Below are positions 16,755 to 26,983 of a stretch of 64,000 nucleotides of DNA, piece after piece. Source of the stretch: Candidatus Latescibacterota bacterium. Its GTDB lineage: Bacteria; Latescibacterota; UBA2968; UBA8231. The stretch covers positions 160,001 to 224,000 of the forward strand of contig OY730476.1 of assembly GCA_963422735.1 (NCBI GenBank). The letters are read 5' to 3'. The notes beneath the pieces were generated by a model, which saw only the letters and a program-made list of their open reading frames with translations, searched no databases and had not been told where the DNA came from. The number at the start of each line of letters is the position of its first letter. The first letter of the stretch is position 1. The position numbers and the translations under genes are program-made.

Positions 16755-17411
16755 TTGGGCCAGAAAACACATCCATACGGCTTCCGTCTCGGGGTCATCA
16801 AACCTTGGTGTTCAAATTGGTTCGCCGAAAAGGATTTTTCCGAGTTGCTCAAGGAAGACCTCATGCTTCGGCGCTACGTGCGCCAGCGCCTACAGCGAGC
16901 CGGCGTGTCCCAGATCAACATTGAGCGCCAGCCCAAGCGGGTTACCGTTGAAGTGCATACGGCTCGTCCTGGTATTGCCATTGGGCGCCGTGGGGCCGAA
17001 GTTGATAAGATCCGCGACGAACTCAAGGCTCTGACCAGCAAGGATGTCTCACTCAATATCCAAGAGATCAAAAAGCCTGAACTAGATGCTCAGCTAGTGG
17101 CCGACAATCTCGCCCGCCAGCTAGAGCAGCGCGTTTCTTTCCGCCGGGCCATGAAGAAATCCGTCGCCTCATCGATGCGCATGGGGGCCGAAGGCATCCG
17201 CATCGTCTGTTCCGGGCGCATCGGCGGTTTGGAGATGGGGCGGCGCGAGCGTTCCGAGCCAGCCGGTCGGGTCCCCTTGCACACGCTGCGCGCCGATATC
17301 GACTACGCCATGGCGACGGCATATACCGTATCGGGGACTGTAGGCGTAAAAGTTTGGATTTGTCACGGCGAAGTCGTGGCCGAAGAAGAAGGGGCCGCTC
17401 GGGCGGTCTGA
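16755..17411 (+). CDS. rpsC: 30S ribosomal protein S3
   Basis: MGQKTHPYGFRLG, GRVPLHTLRADIDY. Confidence 0.99.
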   Translation: MGQKTHPYGFRLGVIKPWCSNWFAEKDFSELLKEDLMLRRYVRQRLQRAGVSQINIERQPKRVTVEVHTARPGIAIGRRGAEVDKIRDELKALTSKDVSLNIQEIKKPELDAQLVADNLARQLEQRVSFRRAMKKSVASSMRMGAEGIRIVCSGRIGGLEMGRRERSEPAGRVPLHTLRADIDYAMATAYTVSGTVGVKVWICHGEVVAEEEGAARAV

Positions 17412-17429
17412 TTATAGCGAGGCTCTCTC

Positions 17430-17840
17430 ATGTTGATGCCCAAGAAGTCCAAGTGGAGGAAGCAGGCGCGGGGGCGTATGCGCGGACAGACCAAAGGGGG
17501 GGACATGGTTTCCTTCGGCGAATATGGTCTCAAAGCCCTCGAGCCTTGTTGGGTTACCAGTCGCCAGATCGAGGCTATGCGCGTGACGATTAGTCGGGCG
17601 ATGAGCCGCACGGGCAAGATGTGGATCCGCATTTTTCCCGATAAACCGATCACCAAGAAACCGGCCGAAACCCGCATGGGCAAAGGCAAGGGGTCGCCCG
17701 AAGGATGGGTTGCGGTCGTCAAACCCGGACGGGTAATGTTCGAGCTTTCCGGGGTGCCCGAAGCCATGGCCAGCGAGGCATTCCGCCGTGCTGGCCACAA
17801 ACTGCCCATCAAGACCAAGGTCGTCAAACGAGTTACATGA
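17430..17840 (+). CDS. rplP: 50S ribosomal protein L16
   Basis: [24 protein letters not shown]. Confidence 0.99.
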   Translation: MLMPKKSKWRKQARGRMRGQTKGGDMVSFGEYGLKALEPCWVTSRQIEAMRVTISRAMSRTGKMWIRIFPDKPITKKPAETRMGKGKGSPEGWVAVVKPGRVMFELSGVPEAMASEAFRRAGHKLPIKTKVVKRVT

Positions 17841-17844
17841 GGCT

Positions 17845-18060
17845 ATGAAGGTCAGCGAATTGCGCGAGATGAGTTTAGAGGAAGTGCGAAACAGGTTGGA
17901 AGAACTGCACGAGGAATTCTTCAACCTGCGTTTTCAGCACGTAGCCGGCCAGTTGACTAGCCCCATTCGGTTGCGGCAGGTGCGGCGCGATATTGCCAAG
18001 GCGCACACAGTGCTCAAAGAGCACGCCCTCGGGCTTCGCCCCTTGGCCGGTGGGAAATAG
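17845..18060 (+). CDS. rpmC: 50S ribosomal protein L29
   Basis: MKVSELRE...FNLRFQH...RRDIAK. Confidence 0.95.
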   Translation: MKVSELREMSLEEVRNRLEELHEEFFNLRFQHVAGQLTSPIRLRQVRRDIAKAHTVLKEHALGLRPLAGGK

Positions 18061-18067
18061 GTGGGAA

Positions 18068-18325
18068 ATGGCTAAACAAAAGAGAGGCCGGCGTCAGGCT
18101 GAAGGCCGAGTACTCAAGGCCAACAACATCAAGACGCGGATCGTGGCGGTTGAACAGCGCATTCCGCATGCCCTGTACGGCCGGATCATCCGCCGCACCG
18201 CCAAGTTCGTCGCCCACGACGAGCGGGGAGAGTCGCAGGTTGGCGATCTCGTGCGCATTGAGGAGTGTCGGCCTATGAGCAAGACCAAACGTTGGCGGCT
18301 CGTCGATGTATTAGAGCGGCAGTAA
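18068..18325 (+). CDS. rpsQ: 30S ribosomal protein S17
   Basis: [22 protein letters not shown]. Confidence 0.96.
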   Translation: MAKQKRGRRQAEGRVLKANNIKTRIVAVEQRIPHALYGRIIRRTAKFVAHDERGESQVGDLVRIEECRPMSKTKRWRLVDVLERQ

Positions 18326-18353
18326 ATCAAGATTTAGGCTTGTTAGGAACAAA

Positions 18354-18722
18354 ATGATTCGGGAATACAGCGTAGTCAAAATGGCGGATAACGCCGGGGC
18401 CCGTACAGGCCGCTGCATTCGCGTACTCGGCGGCTCCCGCAAGCGCTATGCCAGCATTGGCGACATGATCGTAGTCGCCGTCCACGGCGTAGCCCCGAAC
18501 GGGCCCTTAGAGGAAGGGCAAGTCGTCAAGGCCGTAGTCGTGCGGACCAAGAAGGAATATCGCCGTCCCGATGGCTCTTATATCCGCTTTGACGACAATG
18601 CCGCCGTATTGGTCAACGACGACAAGGAGCCAACAGGTACTCGCATATTCGGGCCTGTGGCTCGCGAACTGCGCGAAAAGCAATACATGCGCATTGTCTC
18701 ACTGGCACCTGAGGTAGTCTGA
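18354..18722 (+). CDS. rplN: 50S ribosomal protein L14
   Basis: [25 protein letters not shown]. Confidence 0.98.
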   Translation: MIREYSVVKMADNAGARTGRCIRVLGGSRKRYASIGDMIVVAVHGVAPNGPLEEGQVVKAVVVRTKKEYRRPDGSYIRFDDNAAVLVNDDKEPTGTRIFGPVARELREKQYMRIVSLAPEVV

Positions 18723-18733
18723 GGAAAAGCACA

Positions 18734-19051
18734 ATGGACATTCGCAAAGGCGATACAATACAGGTCATAAGTGGCAACGACAAAGGGCGGCGCTCGACTG
18801 TACTCAGTGTGCTTAAAGATCGGGGGCGCGTCATCGTCGAAGGCGTGAATATGCGCAAGCGTCACACTCGTCCCACATCGCGCGATCCCCAAGGGGGTAT
18901 TGTTGAGCGCGAGGCTCCCATTCACATTTCCAATGTCCTGATCGTTTGCCCCAAGACCGACCAACCGACGCGCATCGGGCACAAGAAGCTGGACAGCGGT
19001 AAATACGTGCGCGTCTCTAGGCGCAGCGGCGAAATGATCGACCCAGAATAA
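18734..19051 (+). CDS. rplX: 50S ribosomal protein L24
   Basis: KGDTIQVISGNDKG, EAPIHISNV. Confidence 0.97.
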   Translation: MDIRKGDTIQVISGNDKGRRSTVLSVLKDRGRVIVEGVNMRKRHTRPTSRDPQGGIVEREAPIHISNVLIVCPKTDQPTRIGHKKLDSGKYVRVSRRSGEMIDPE

Positions 19052-19054
19052 ACC

Positions 19055-19600
19055 ATGTACGAAGCCAGATTAAAAAAACAGTACAGAGAAGAGGCGCTGC
19101 CTCAGCTCAAGGACCGCTTCGCCTTTAAGAACGACATGCAGGTGCCGCGCTTGCAGAAGGTCGTCGTCAACATGGGCGTTGGAGAGGCGGTGCAGGAGCC
19201 TAGGGTGCTCGAAGGCGCGGTATCCGAATTGACGGCGATTACCGGCCAAAAGCCCGCCATCCGCCACGCCAAGAAGGCAATCTCAAACTTCAAGTTGCGC
19301 GTCGGCATTCCCATCGGCTGCATGGTCACCTTGCGAGGCATCCGCATGTACGAGTTTCTCGACCGCTTGATCTGTTTTGCCTTGCCACAGGTGCGAGATT
19401 TCCGCGGGGTTTCTCCCAAGAGCTTCGACGGACGCGGCAACTACAATCTGGGCGTCAAGGAACAACTCATATTTCCCGAGGTCAACTACGATATGATTGA
19501 CCAAGTCCGGGGCATGAATATCACCATCGTCACCTCGGCTAAAAGCGACGAAGAAGGACAAGAGTTGCTCAGGTTGCTGGGCATGCCCTTCAGTCAATAG
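19055..19600 (+). CDS. rplE: 50S ribosomal protein L5
   Basis: [22 protein letters not shown]. Confidence 0.98.
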   Translation: MYEARLKKQYREEALPQLKDRFAFKNDMQVPRLQKVVVNMGVGEAVQEPRVLEGAVSELTAITGQKPAIRHAKKAISNFKLRVGIPIGCMVTLRGIRMYEFLDRLICFALPQVRDFRGVSPKSFDGRGNYNLGVKEQLIFPEVNYDMIDQVRGMNITIVTSAKSDEEGQELLRLLGMPFSQ

Positions 19601-19619
19601 AGCCGGAAAGAACCTGCTA

Positions 19620-19805
19620 ATGCCAAAGAAATGCCTAATAGCCAAAGCGCAGCGCAAACCCAAGTTTTCCTCGCGGGCTTATACCCGCTGCCACCGCTGT
19701 GGACGCCCGCGTGCCGTATATCGCAAGTTCGGCCTGTGCCGCATCTGTTTTCGCGAGTTGGCCCTCAAGGGCGAGATTCCAGGCGTTAGTAAGGCGAGTT
19801 GGTAG
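19620..19805 (+). CDS. rpsN: 30S ribosomal protein S14, short zinc-binding type
   Basis: 61 aa, RCHRCGR...LCRICFRE. Confidence 0.97.
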   Translation: MPKKCLIAKAQRKPKFSSRAYTRCHRCGRPRAVYRKFGLCRICFRELALKGEIPGVSKASW

Positions 19806-19823
19806 CAGGTTGGAGAAATCAAT

Positions 19824-20222
19824 ATGAGTATGACTGATCCCATAGCGGACATGTTGACCCGCATTCGCAACGCCTGCAGTGCCAAGCATTCGAAGGTTGA
19901 TGTGCCCGCCTCTAAGCTGAAGCGAGAAGTAGCTCGCGTATTGGCCGAGTCCCGTTTTATCGACAACTTCGCTTTTATTGAAGATAGCAAGCAGGGCATT
20001 TTGCGGCTCTATCTGCGCTACGATCAGAATGACAATAGTATCATCCGCGGGATAGAGCGCGTCAGCAAGCCCGGGTTGCGCCGATATTCGGGCAAAGCCA
20101 ATATTCCGCGCGTACTCCGCGGGCTGGGCATCGCCATCATCTCCACCTCTAAGGGAGTGATGACAGATAAAGAAGCGAGGATGAACGGCGTAGGCGGCGA
20201 AATCCTCTGTAGCGTCTGGTAA
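19824..20222 (+). CDS. rpsH: 30S ribosomal protein S8
   Basis: [31 protein letters not shown]. Confidence 0.98.
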   Translation: MSMTDPIADMLTRIRNACSAKHSKVDVPASKLKREVARVLAESRFIDNFAFIEDSKQGILRLYLRYDQNDNSIIRGIERVSKPGLRRYSGKANIPRVLRGLGIAIISTSKGVMTDKEARMNGVGGEILCSVW

Positions 20223-20247
20223 ATGAAGCCACTGGGAGAATGTTAAA

Positions 20248-20805
20248 TTGTCGCGCATAGGCAGCAAACCCCTTTTCTTACCGCAGGGCGTTGAAGTCGC
20301 GTTGGCTCCTGCCGAGGTCTTCGTAAAAGGGCCAAAGGGCCAGTTACAGGTGCCGTTTGTCACCGAGCACCTCGCGGTGGCTCAGCAGGACAGTGCTTTA
20401 ACTGTGACGCGCAAAAGCGAGAGCAAACAGGCTCGCTCCCTACACGGATTGACCCGCACCTTGATCGCCAATGCGGTTGAGGGGGTTTCCGGGGGGTTTT
20501 TCAAGAACTTGGATCTATTCGGCGTAGGGTACCGAGCCGAGATCCAGGGCAGACAACTCGTGCTCCACGTAGGTTATTCGCATCCGGTGCTCTACGAGGT
20601 GCCCAAGGATATCCAAGTCGAAGTGTCCGCGGGTGCTGGAGGCGCACAAGCCCGCATCGTCGTCAGGGGTATCGACAAGCAACTCGTGGGTCAGGTGGCC
20701 GCCGATATTCGCTTTAAGCGCCGCCCGGAGCCCTACAAGGGCAAGGGGATCCGCTATGAGAACGAGACTATTCACTGGAAACAGGGCAAGACGGCAGTAG
20801 GCTAA
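20248..20805 (+). CDS. rplF: 50S ribosomal protein L6
   Basis: MSRIG, GVGYRA, PEPYKGKGIRY. Confidence 0.98.
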   Translation: MSRIGSKPLFLPQGVEVALAPAEVFVKGPKGQLQVPFVTEHLAVAQQDSALTVTRKSESKQARSLHGLTRTLIANAVEGVSGGFFKNLDLFGVGYRAEIQGRQLVLHVGYSHPVLYEVPKDIQVEVSAGAGGAQARIVVRGIDKQLVGQVAADIRFKRRPEPYKGKGIRYENETIHWKQGKTAVG

Positions 20806-21179
20806 TGAAAGACAAAAAACACTTGGTCGAGAATCGCCGGCGGCGGCACCGGCGGCGGCACCGGCTGCGCAAGATGGTCTCCGGTACACCCGTGCGTCCG
20901 CGCATGGTGGTACATCGTTCCCTGCGCCATATCGAGGTGCAGCTAGTCGACGATGTGGCGGGTCATTCCCTTATAGGGCTTTCTACTCAGTCTCGGGAGC
21001 TAAGGGAACGGCAGTTTGACAGTCGAGTGGTTCAAGGGCACGAGGTTGGCAAAATGGTCGCTGCTAAGGCGCGCGAAAAAGGCATTGAGCAGGTCGTTTT
21101 TGACCGCGGCGGATTTCTCTATCACGGGGTGATAAAAGCCGTGGCCGATGGGGCGCGGGAAGCTGGTTTGAATTTCTAA
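20805..21179 (+). CDS. rplR: 50S ribosomal protein L18
   Basis: [29 protein letters not shown]. Confidence 0.97.
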   Translation: MKDKKHLVENRRRRHRRRHRLRKMVSGTPVRPRMVVHRSLRHIEVQLVDDVAGHSLIGLSTQSRELRERQFDSRVVQGHEVGKMVAAKAREKGIEQVVFDRGGFLYHGVIKAVADGAREAGLNF

Positions 21180-21190
21180 GGGAGAACGGC

Positions 21191-21724
21191 GTGGCGAAAG
21201 CAAATACTAGCAGAGCGAAATCCGATCCCAGCGGTACAGAGCTGAGCGAAGTTGTCGTCCAAAACAGCATCAAGCGAGTTTCGCACGTGCGCAAGGGCGG
21301 TCGGCGCTTTAGCTTCAGCGCGATGGTCGTAGTTGGCGACCGCAATGGCCGCGTGGGATTTGGTGCTGGCAAGGCCGGCGAGATCGCTGAGGCCATTCGC
21401 AAGGGTGCCGAGGCGGCAAAAAAGAACGTCGTCGAGGTTCCGGTGACTGACGGGACCATACCGCATGAGGTCGTCGGGGTCTTCGGCGCGGCCAAGGTTC
21501 TTTTTAAGCCTGCTACCCCGGGGACTGGAATTATCGCCAGCGGCGGCACCCGCATCGTACTGGAGCTGGCCGGCGTCCACGATATTCTGACCAAATCCCT
21601 CGGATCCAACAACGTGCAGAATTCAGTGAAGGCGACCGTCAAAGCACTGACGCAACTACGCAGTGCCGAGATGATCGCTCGGGAGCGCGGGGTGCCGGTG
21701 GAATCGCTCCGCGCTTGGGACTAA
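21191..21724 (+). CDS. rpsE: 30S ribosomal protein S5
   Basis: [29 protein letters not shown]. Confidence 0.97.
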   Translation: MAKANTSRAKSDPSGTELSEVVVQNSIKRVSHVRKGGRRFSFSAMVVVGDRNGRVGFGAGKAGEIAEAIRKGAEAAKKNVVEVPVTDGTIPHEVVGVFGAAKVLFKPATPGTGIIASGGTRIVLELAGVHDILTKSLGSNNVQNSVKATVKALTQLRSAEMIARERGVPVESLRAWD

Positions 21725-21730
21725 CAGCCA

Positions 21731-21913
21731 ATGAAACTGGTCATTACACAGCGGCGCAGTGCTATCGGCCGCGCCAAAGGTCAAAAAGCGACGATCGCGG
21801 CTTTGGGAATCAAGCGCCTATATCAACAGGTTGTACACAACGACACGCCCCAGATCCGGGGTATGATCGCCAAAGTCAAGCATCTGGTCGCAGTTGAGGA
21901 AGTAGAAGAATAA
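21731..21913 (+). CDS. rpmD: 50S ribosomal protein L30
   Basis: RSAIGR...ALGI...IRGMIAKVKHLV. Confidence 0.96.
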   Translation: MKLVITQRRSAIGRAKGQKATIAALGIKRLYQQVVHNDTPQIRGMIAKVKHLVAVEEVEE

Positions 21914-21926
21914 GCGAAAGCGTGCC

Positions 21927-22376
21927 ATGCGTCTAAAAAATATAAAATGCCCTCCGGGGTCTAAGCGGAGCCGCAAGCGATTGGGACAAGGGCCGGGTTC
22001 GGGGACGGGCAAGACCGCGGGCAAAGGCCACAAAGGTCAGCGGGCTAGATCCGGTGCTAGGCGCGGTAACCGCATTGGGTTCACCGGCGGCACACTACCG
22101 CTGTTCCGCCACATTCCCAAAGTGGGTTTTTCCAACCGCAAATTCAAAACGATCTATCAGGTCATCAATCTGCGGGATCTCGAAGAAAAGGGACTCAGCG
22201 GGGAAATAGGGCCAGAGGAAATGGCTGCTGCCGGTTTGATCGCCAAGCCATCAGGACTGCTGAAGGTCCTAGGCGAAGGGGAACTGAGTCAACCCCTGAC
22301 GATCAAGGCGCACAAATTCTCCACTGCGGCAGCAGAGAAAATTGCCAAAGCGGGCGGCCAGGCCGAGGTGATTTGA
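21927..22376 (+). CDS. rplO: 50S ribosomal protein L15
   Basis: GSGTGKTAGKGHKGQRARSG, KVLGEGEL. Confidence 0.97.
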   Translation: MRLKNIKCPPGSKRSRKRLGQGPGSGTGKTAGKGHKGQRARSGARRGNRIGFTGGTLPLFRHIPKVGFSNRKFKTIYQVINLRDLEEKGLSGEIGPEEMAAAGLIAKPSGLLKVLGEGELSQPLTIKAHKFSTAAAEKIAKAGGQAEVI

Positions 22377-23719
22377 TGCGATTGGTGCAGAGTTTTCAAA
22401 ACTGCTTCAAAATCCCCGACTTGCGGCGTCGCATACTCTTCACTGTGGGGATCTTGGTCGTCTATCGCATCGGTGGTCAGATCACGGTCCCCGGCGTCGA
22501 GTTGGTCGTGCTCAAAGAGTACTTTGAAAGCGCTGGCAATACCCTTTTTGGGCTATACGACATGTTTGTGGGTGGTGCTTTTACCCGTGGGACGATCTTC
22601 GCTTTGGGCATCATGCCCTATATCAGTGCCTCGATCATTTTGCAGTTGCTGGGCGCGGTTATTCCCCACTTCCAGAAATTGCAGCGCGAAGGCGAAGAGG
22701 GACGCAAGAAAATCACCCAATACACGCGCTATGGCACGGTCTTTCTCGCGGCAGCTCAATCCTATGGCGTCAGTTTTTTCATTACCAGCATCAAGGCCCC
22801 GTACTCGGGTCAGCCGGCAGTTGCCGACCCGGGCATTGGCTTTACGCTGGCGACCATGCTGACGATCACCACTGGCACGATCTTTATCATGTGGTTGGGC
22901 GAGCAGATCACGGAGCGCGGCATTGGCAACGGCATTTCTCTGATCATTTTCATTGGCATCATCGCCGAGTTGCCTTACGCGATCAATCAGGAGTACAAGC
23001 TCTTTATCATTAATCGCGGTTTCAGCAAGAACATCATTGAAGAGATCGTCCTCGTCGGGATCATGTTCGCCGTGGTGGCCTTTGTGATCTTGCTGACCCA
23101 AGGGCTGCGCAAAATTCCCGTGCAGTACGCCAAGCGCGTCGTCGGGCGGCGGGTTTACGGCGGTCAGACCACGCACATTCCGCTGCGGATTAACACGGCG
23201 GGAGTGATTCCAATCATATTTGCCCAGTCGATCATGTTTCTGCCCGGCACGATCACGCAGATGTTCCCAGGCCATGAGTTCATGCTGGCGATTGGTTCGT
23301 TTTTCTCGACCGAATCCATGTTTTATTGGTTCATCTATGCGCTAATGATCATCTTTTTTGCCTATTTTTATACGGCCATTGTCATGGACCCCAACCAACT
23401 GGCCGACAACATGAAAAAGCACGGGGGATTCATCCCAGGCGTCCGCCCCGGTCCTCGGACGGCCCAGTACATTGATGGGATTATGACGCGCATTACCCTG
23501 CCGGGTTCTATTGCCCTCGCTGCGGTGGCGATTTTTCCCTTCTTCGTCACGCGGCAATTCAACGTGGCCCCTTCTTTTGCCCAATTTTTTGGCGGTACTG
23601 GGCTTTTGATCGTCGTTGGCGTGGCGTTAGACACTTTGCAGCAGATCGAGTCTCAGCTCATGACTCGCCATTACGAGGGCTTTATGAAGCGGGGCAAAAT
23701 TCAGGGACGCCGCGGCTAA
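22376..23719 (+). CDS. secY: Preprotein translocase subunit SecY
   Basis: IFALGIMPYISASII, GIGNGISLIIF, GGTGLLIVVGV; multiple TM segments. Confidence 0.99.
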   Translation: MRLVQSFQNCFKIPDLRRRILFTVGILVVYRIGGQITVPGVELVVLKEYFESAGNTLFGLYDMFVGGAFTRGTIFALGIMPYISASIILQLLGAVIPHFQKLQREGEEGRKKITQYTRYGTVFLAAAQSYGVSFFITSIKAPYSGQPAVADPGIGFTLATMLTITTGTIFIMWLGEQITERGIGNGISLIIFIGIIAELPYAINQEYKLFIINRGFSKNIIEEIVLVGIMFAVVAFVILLTQGLRKIPVQYAKRVVGRRVYGGQTTHIPLRINTAGVIPIIFAQSIMFLPGTITQMFPGHEFMLAIGSFFSTESMFYWFIYALMIIFFAYFYTAIVMDPNQLADNMKKHGGFIPGVRPGPRTAQYIDGIMTRITLPGSIALAAVAIFPFFVTRQFNVAPSFAQFFGGTGLLIVVGVALDTLQQIESQLMTRHYEGFMKRGKIQGRRG

Positions 23720-23769
23720 GAGCGGTCGGCCCTGTTTGATGCGACTAAACCTCATTTGGAGCGAGTATA

Positions 23770-23886
23770 GTGAAAGTTAGAGCATCCGTCAGCAAGCGCT
23801 GTACCGAGTGCAAAATCGTCCGTCGAAATGGGGTCGTGCGCGTGATATGCAAGCGCAATCCCCGCCATAAGCAAAAACAAGGCTGA
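23770..23886 (+). CDS. rpmJ: 50S ribosomal protein L36 (not in ORF track)
   Basis: Manual translation from GTG: [38 protein letters not shown]. Confidence 0.97.
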   Translation: MKVRASVSKRCTECKIVRRNGVVRVICKRNPRHKQKQG

Positions 23887-23897
23887 GGAATAACACT

Positions 23898-24278
23898 ATG
23901 GCGCGCATAGCAGGTGTAGATTTACCCCGCGACAAGCGGGTCGCCATCGCATTGACCTATATCTTTGGCATTGGGCACACGATGGCCAGCCGCATCGCCT
24001 CCGAGGCGAGGATTGACCCCCAAACTCGCATCAACGAGCTGAGCGAAGACCAGGTCAACAGTTTGCGCTCGATCATCGAGGTCAGCCACAAGGTCGAAGG
24101 TAGTCTGCGCGGCGAAACCACGATGAATGTCAAGCGGCTGATGGACATTGGCTGCTATCGGGGCTTGCGGCATCGTCGCGGGCTTCCGGCCAATGGGCAG
24201 CGCACGAAGACCAACGCCCGCACGCGCAAGGGGCCGCGGCGAGCCATTGCTGGCAAGAAAAAGGCCCCCGTCAAGTAA
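23898..24278 (+). CDS. rpsM: 30S ribosomal protein S13
   Basis: [35 protein letters not shown]. Confidence 0.99.
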   Translation: MARIAGVDLPRDKRVAIALTYIFGIGHTMASRIASEARIDPQTRINELSEDQVNSLRSIIEVSHKVEGSLRGETTMNVKRLMDIGCYRGLRHRRGLPANGQRTKTNARTRKGPRRAIAGKKKAPVK

Positions 24279-24305
24279 ATCAACCCAAACGGAGAGGATG
24301 GACCT

Positions 24306-24695
24306 TTGCCGCCCGAAAGACGCAAGAGACGCAAGAAAGCAAAACAGGTAGAGGCTGTGGGCGTGGCGCACATTCTGGCCACGTTTAACAACACGATTAT
24401 CACCCTTACCGATACTAAGGGTAATGTGATTTCTTGGGCGACCCCGGGGAAAATGAGCATCAAGGGCAGTCGCAAATCTACGCCCTTTGCCGGCCAGCTC
24501 GCCGCTGAAAAGGCCGCCCAAGAAGCCATGAATATGGGGTTGCGCCGCGTGGAGGTCTGGATCAAGGGGCCGGGAGTAGGGCGCGAGTCTGCAATCCGCG
24601 CGTTACAAAATGCCGGGCTCGAGATTTCTGCAATCCGCGACGTGACGCCCATGCCGCACAACGGTTGTCGGCCGCCCAAGCGTCGCCGTGTATAG
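24306..24695 (+). CDS. rpsK: 30S ribosomal protein S11
   Basis: [33 protein letters not shown]. Confidence 0.99.
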   Translation: MPPERRKRRKKAKQVEAVGVAHILATFNNTIITLTDTKGNVISWATPGKMSIKGSRKSTPFAGQLAAEKAAQEAMNMGLRRVEVWIKGPGVGRESAIRALQNAGLEISAIRDVTPMPHNGCRPPKRRRV

Positions 24696-24711
24696 AGGAG
24701 CTAACTAAGTT

Positions 24712-25338
24712 ATGAGCAGGCATACAGGTCCCAACTGTCGCTTCTGCCGCCGGGAAGGGGCCAAACTTTTCCTGAAGGGCGAGCGTTGCAACCTCGAAAA
24801 ATGCTCCTTCGAGCGGCGCAGCTATGCCCCGGGTCAACACGGTCAGAGCCTGCGGCGCAAGCAGTCCGACTACAGCGTACAGCTGCGGGCCAAGCAGAAG
24901 TTAGCTCGGCTCTACGGAATCCGCGAAGGCCAGTTTAGGGGCTACTATAAGGAGGCCTCGCGAGTGCCGGGCGTCAGTGGTGAAAACCTGCTGCGCTTGT
25001 TAGAGTGCCGCCTCGATAACATCGTCTATAGGCTCGGTTTCGCGCCATCGCGCAAGGCCGCGCGCCAGTTAGTGCGCCACAACCACATCGCGGTAAACGG
25101 CAAACGGGTCAATATCCCTTCGTACCTGACCCGGATGGGCGATGCGGTGCAGGTCGCCGAGCGCAGTCGCCAGCTAGAGGCCATTCACGAATCGCTGCGG
25201 CGCTCGCGGGAGATCGTGCCTTGGCTGGCCATAGACAAGGTCAACTTGACTGGGACCGTAGCAGAGATCCCCGGACGCGAAGACATTCCCACAGTCGCCG
25301 AAGAACAACTGGTTATCGAGTTCTATTCTCGCGTCTAA
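24712..25338 (+). CDS. rpsD: 30S ribosomal protein S4
   Basis: CRREGAKLFLKG, LECRLDNIVYRLGF, IEFYSR. Confidence 0.98.
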   Translation: MSRHTGPNCRFCRREGAKLFLKGERCNLEKCSFERRSYAPGQHGQSLRRKQSDYSVQLRAKQKLARLYGIREGQFRGYYKEASRVPGVSGENLLRLLECRLDNIVYRLGFAPSRKAARQLVRHNHIAVNGKRVNIPSYLTRMGDAVQVAERSRQLEAIHESLRRSREIVPWLAIDKVNLTGTVAEIPGREDIPTVAEEQLVIEFYSRV

Positions 25339-25381
25339 AGTTTTACTCCGCCCAATCCATCAAGGGGCAAGAGGCTAAAGT

Positions 25382-26398
25382 ATGAAATTAGAAGGTCTCC
25401 AGATGCCGAGGCTAGCCGAGGTCGAAAAAGAAAGCCTCAGCGAGACGTATGGCATGTTTATTGTCCAGCCGCTCGAGCGTGGTTTTGGCGTCTCTATAGG
25501 GCACGCCCTGCGCCGGATATTGCTGTCCTTTATCCAAGGGGCCGCGATCAAGCAAGTCAATATCGAAGGCGTGCATCACGAGTTTTCCACGATTGCCGGG
25601 GTGCGCGAGGATGTGCCGGAGATCGTGCGCAACTTCAAGGAAGTGGCGATCCGCTATAGTGGCGAGGAGGATCGCGTCTTGCGCATCGAACGCACGACAG
25701 AAGGAACCTTGGTGGCCAAGGACCTAGAAGTGGACCCCAGCATCGAGGTGATGAATCCCGCCCTACACATTGCCACCTTGGATAAAGGGGCTTCCTTGAA
25801 AATGGAACTGACGGTCGGCTGCGGCCGCGGCTACCAGTTTGCCGAGGAGAACAAAATCCCCGATCAGCCTATAGACGCTATTCCGCTCGATACGAACTAT
25901 TCGCCGATCCTCAAGGTCCACTACGAGATCGAGAGCGCACGCGTCGGGCGGCGCACTGACTACGACAAGCTGATTATGGAAGTCTGGACCGATGGCTCAG
26001 TGCATCCCGAGGACGCCATGTCCCAGGCCGCCCGGATCCTGACCGAACACCTGAGCCTTTTTATTAATTTTAGAGAAGAGCCTGAAGGCGAGGAGGAAAA
26101 GGAAGTTGACGAGGAGGCCAAGAGAATCGCCCAGCTCTTGCAAATGTCCGTCGAAGAGATTGAGTTGACGGTGCGCTCGGCCAACTGTCTCAAAGCCGCA
26201 GGGATCACCCATCTCAGGGACTTGGTATCGCGCACGGAGGCCGAGATGCTCCAGTATCGCAACTTTGGCCGCAAATCGCTCAACGAGTTGCAGAAAATAC
26301 TCGAGGAAAATAATCTTAGCTGGGGCATGGACCTGAGTCCATACATCGGCATTGAGATTGGCCAAAAAGCAGACGACCCGCTGGCGGAAGAATTCTAG
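25382..26398 (+). CDS. rpoA: DNA-directed RNA polymerase subunit alpha
   Basis: [38 protein letters not shown]. Confidence 0.99.
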   Translation: MKLEGLQMPRLAEVEKESLSETYGMFIVQPLERGFGVSIGHALRRILLSFIQGAAIKQVNIEGVHHEFSTIAGVREDVPEIVRNFKEVAIRYSGEEDRVLRIERTTEGTLVAKDLEVDPSIEVMNPALHIATLDKGASLKMELTVGCGRGYQFAEENKIPDQPIDAIPLDTNYSPILKVHYEIESARVGRRTDYDKLIMEVWTDGSVHPEDAMSQAARILTEHLSLFINFREEPEGEEEKEVDEEAKRIAQLLQMSVEEIELTVRSANCLKAAGITHLRDLVSRTEAEMLQYRNFGRKSLNELQKILEENNLSWGMDLSPYIGIEIGQKADDPLAEEF

Positions 26399-26400
26399 CC

Positions 26401-26811
26401 ATGAGACACGGCAAAAAAATAGCCAAGCTGGGACGCACGGTCCCGCACCGCAAGGCCATGTTGTCCAACATGATGACTTCGCTTTTTATCAACGAGCGCG
26501 TCACCACCACCCAGACGCGTGCCAAAGAGCTCAAGCGCACGGCCGAGCGAGTGCTGACCTGCGCCAAGAAAGGCGACTTACACGCCCGGCGCCAAGTGTT
26601 GCGCGTCATAGCTGACAAACAGGTGGTCGCCAAGCTCTTTGACGAACTGGCCCCGCGCTACAAAAGCCGCAACGGAGGCTATACGCGCCTGATCAAGTTG
26701 GGGCCACGTCGCGGCGACGGGGCATTTATGAGCATCGTCGAGCTCGTGGATCGTGCAGAAGAGACTCAGGAGGACGCGGCCGCAGGAGAGGCTCAGCAGG
26801 CCGCAGAATAA
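26401..26811 (+). CDS. rplQ: 50S ribosomal protein L17
   Basis: MRHGK..KLGR..HRKA, RNGGYTR, RRGDGA. Confidence 0.98.
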   Translation: MRHGKKIAKLGRTVPHRKAMLSNMMTSLFINERVTTTQTRAKELKRTAERVLTCAKKGDLHARRQVLRVIADKQVVAKLFDELAPRYKSRNGGYTRLIKLGPRRGDGAFMSIVELVDRAEETQEDAAAGEAQQAAE

Positions 26812-26983
26812 AGAGGGCGTCCAAGGTAGTAGCGACGGGGCAAGATGGTCATCATCTTGCCCCGTTTGCATTTTAGAAGCTTCACCCTGCCTTTAGGCAG
26901 GACAGGCGCTGTGAAGTGTGCGGCTGCAAACGCGGCGGTCGGGGCACACTGGGAATTTCCAGACAGCTTCTTAGATAGGGCAC

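Noticed and set aside
20838-20864. 12-bp duplication in rplR giving RRRHRRRH
   Set aside because: In-frame variation in a naturally Arg-rich, variable N-terminus.
23719-23770. adk, map and infA absent between secY and rpmJ
   Set aside because: A direct secY-rpmJ junction occurs in other bacteria such as E. coli, so it is not unusual by itself.
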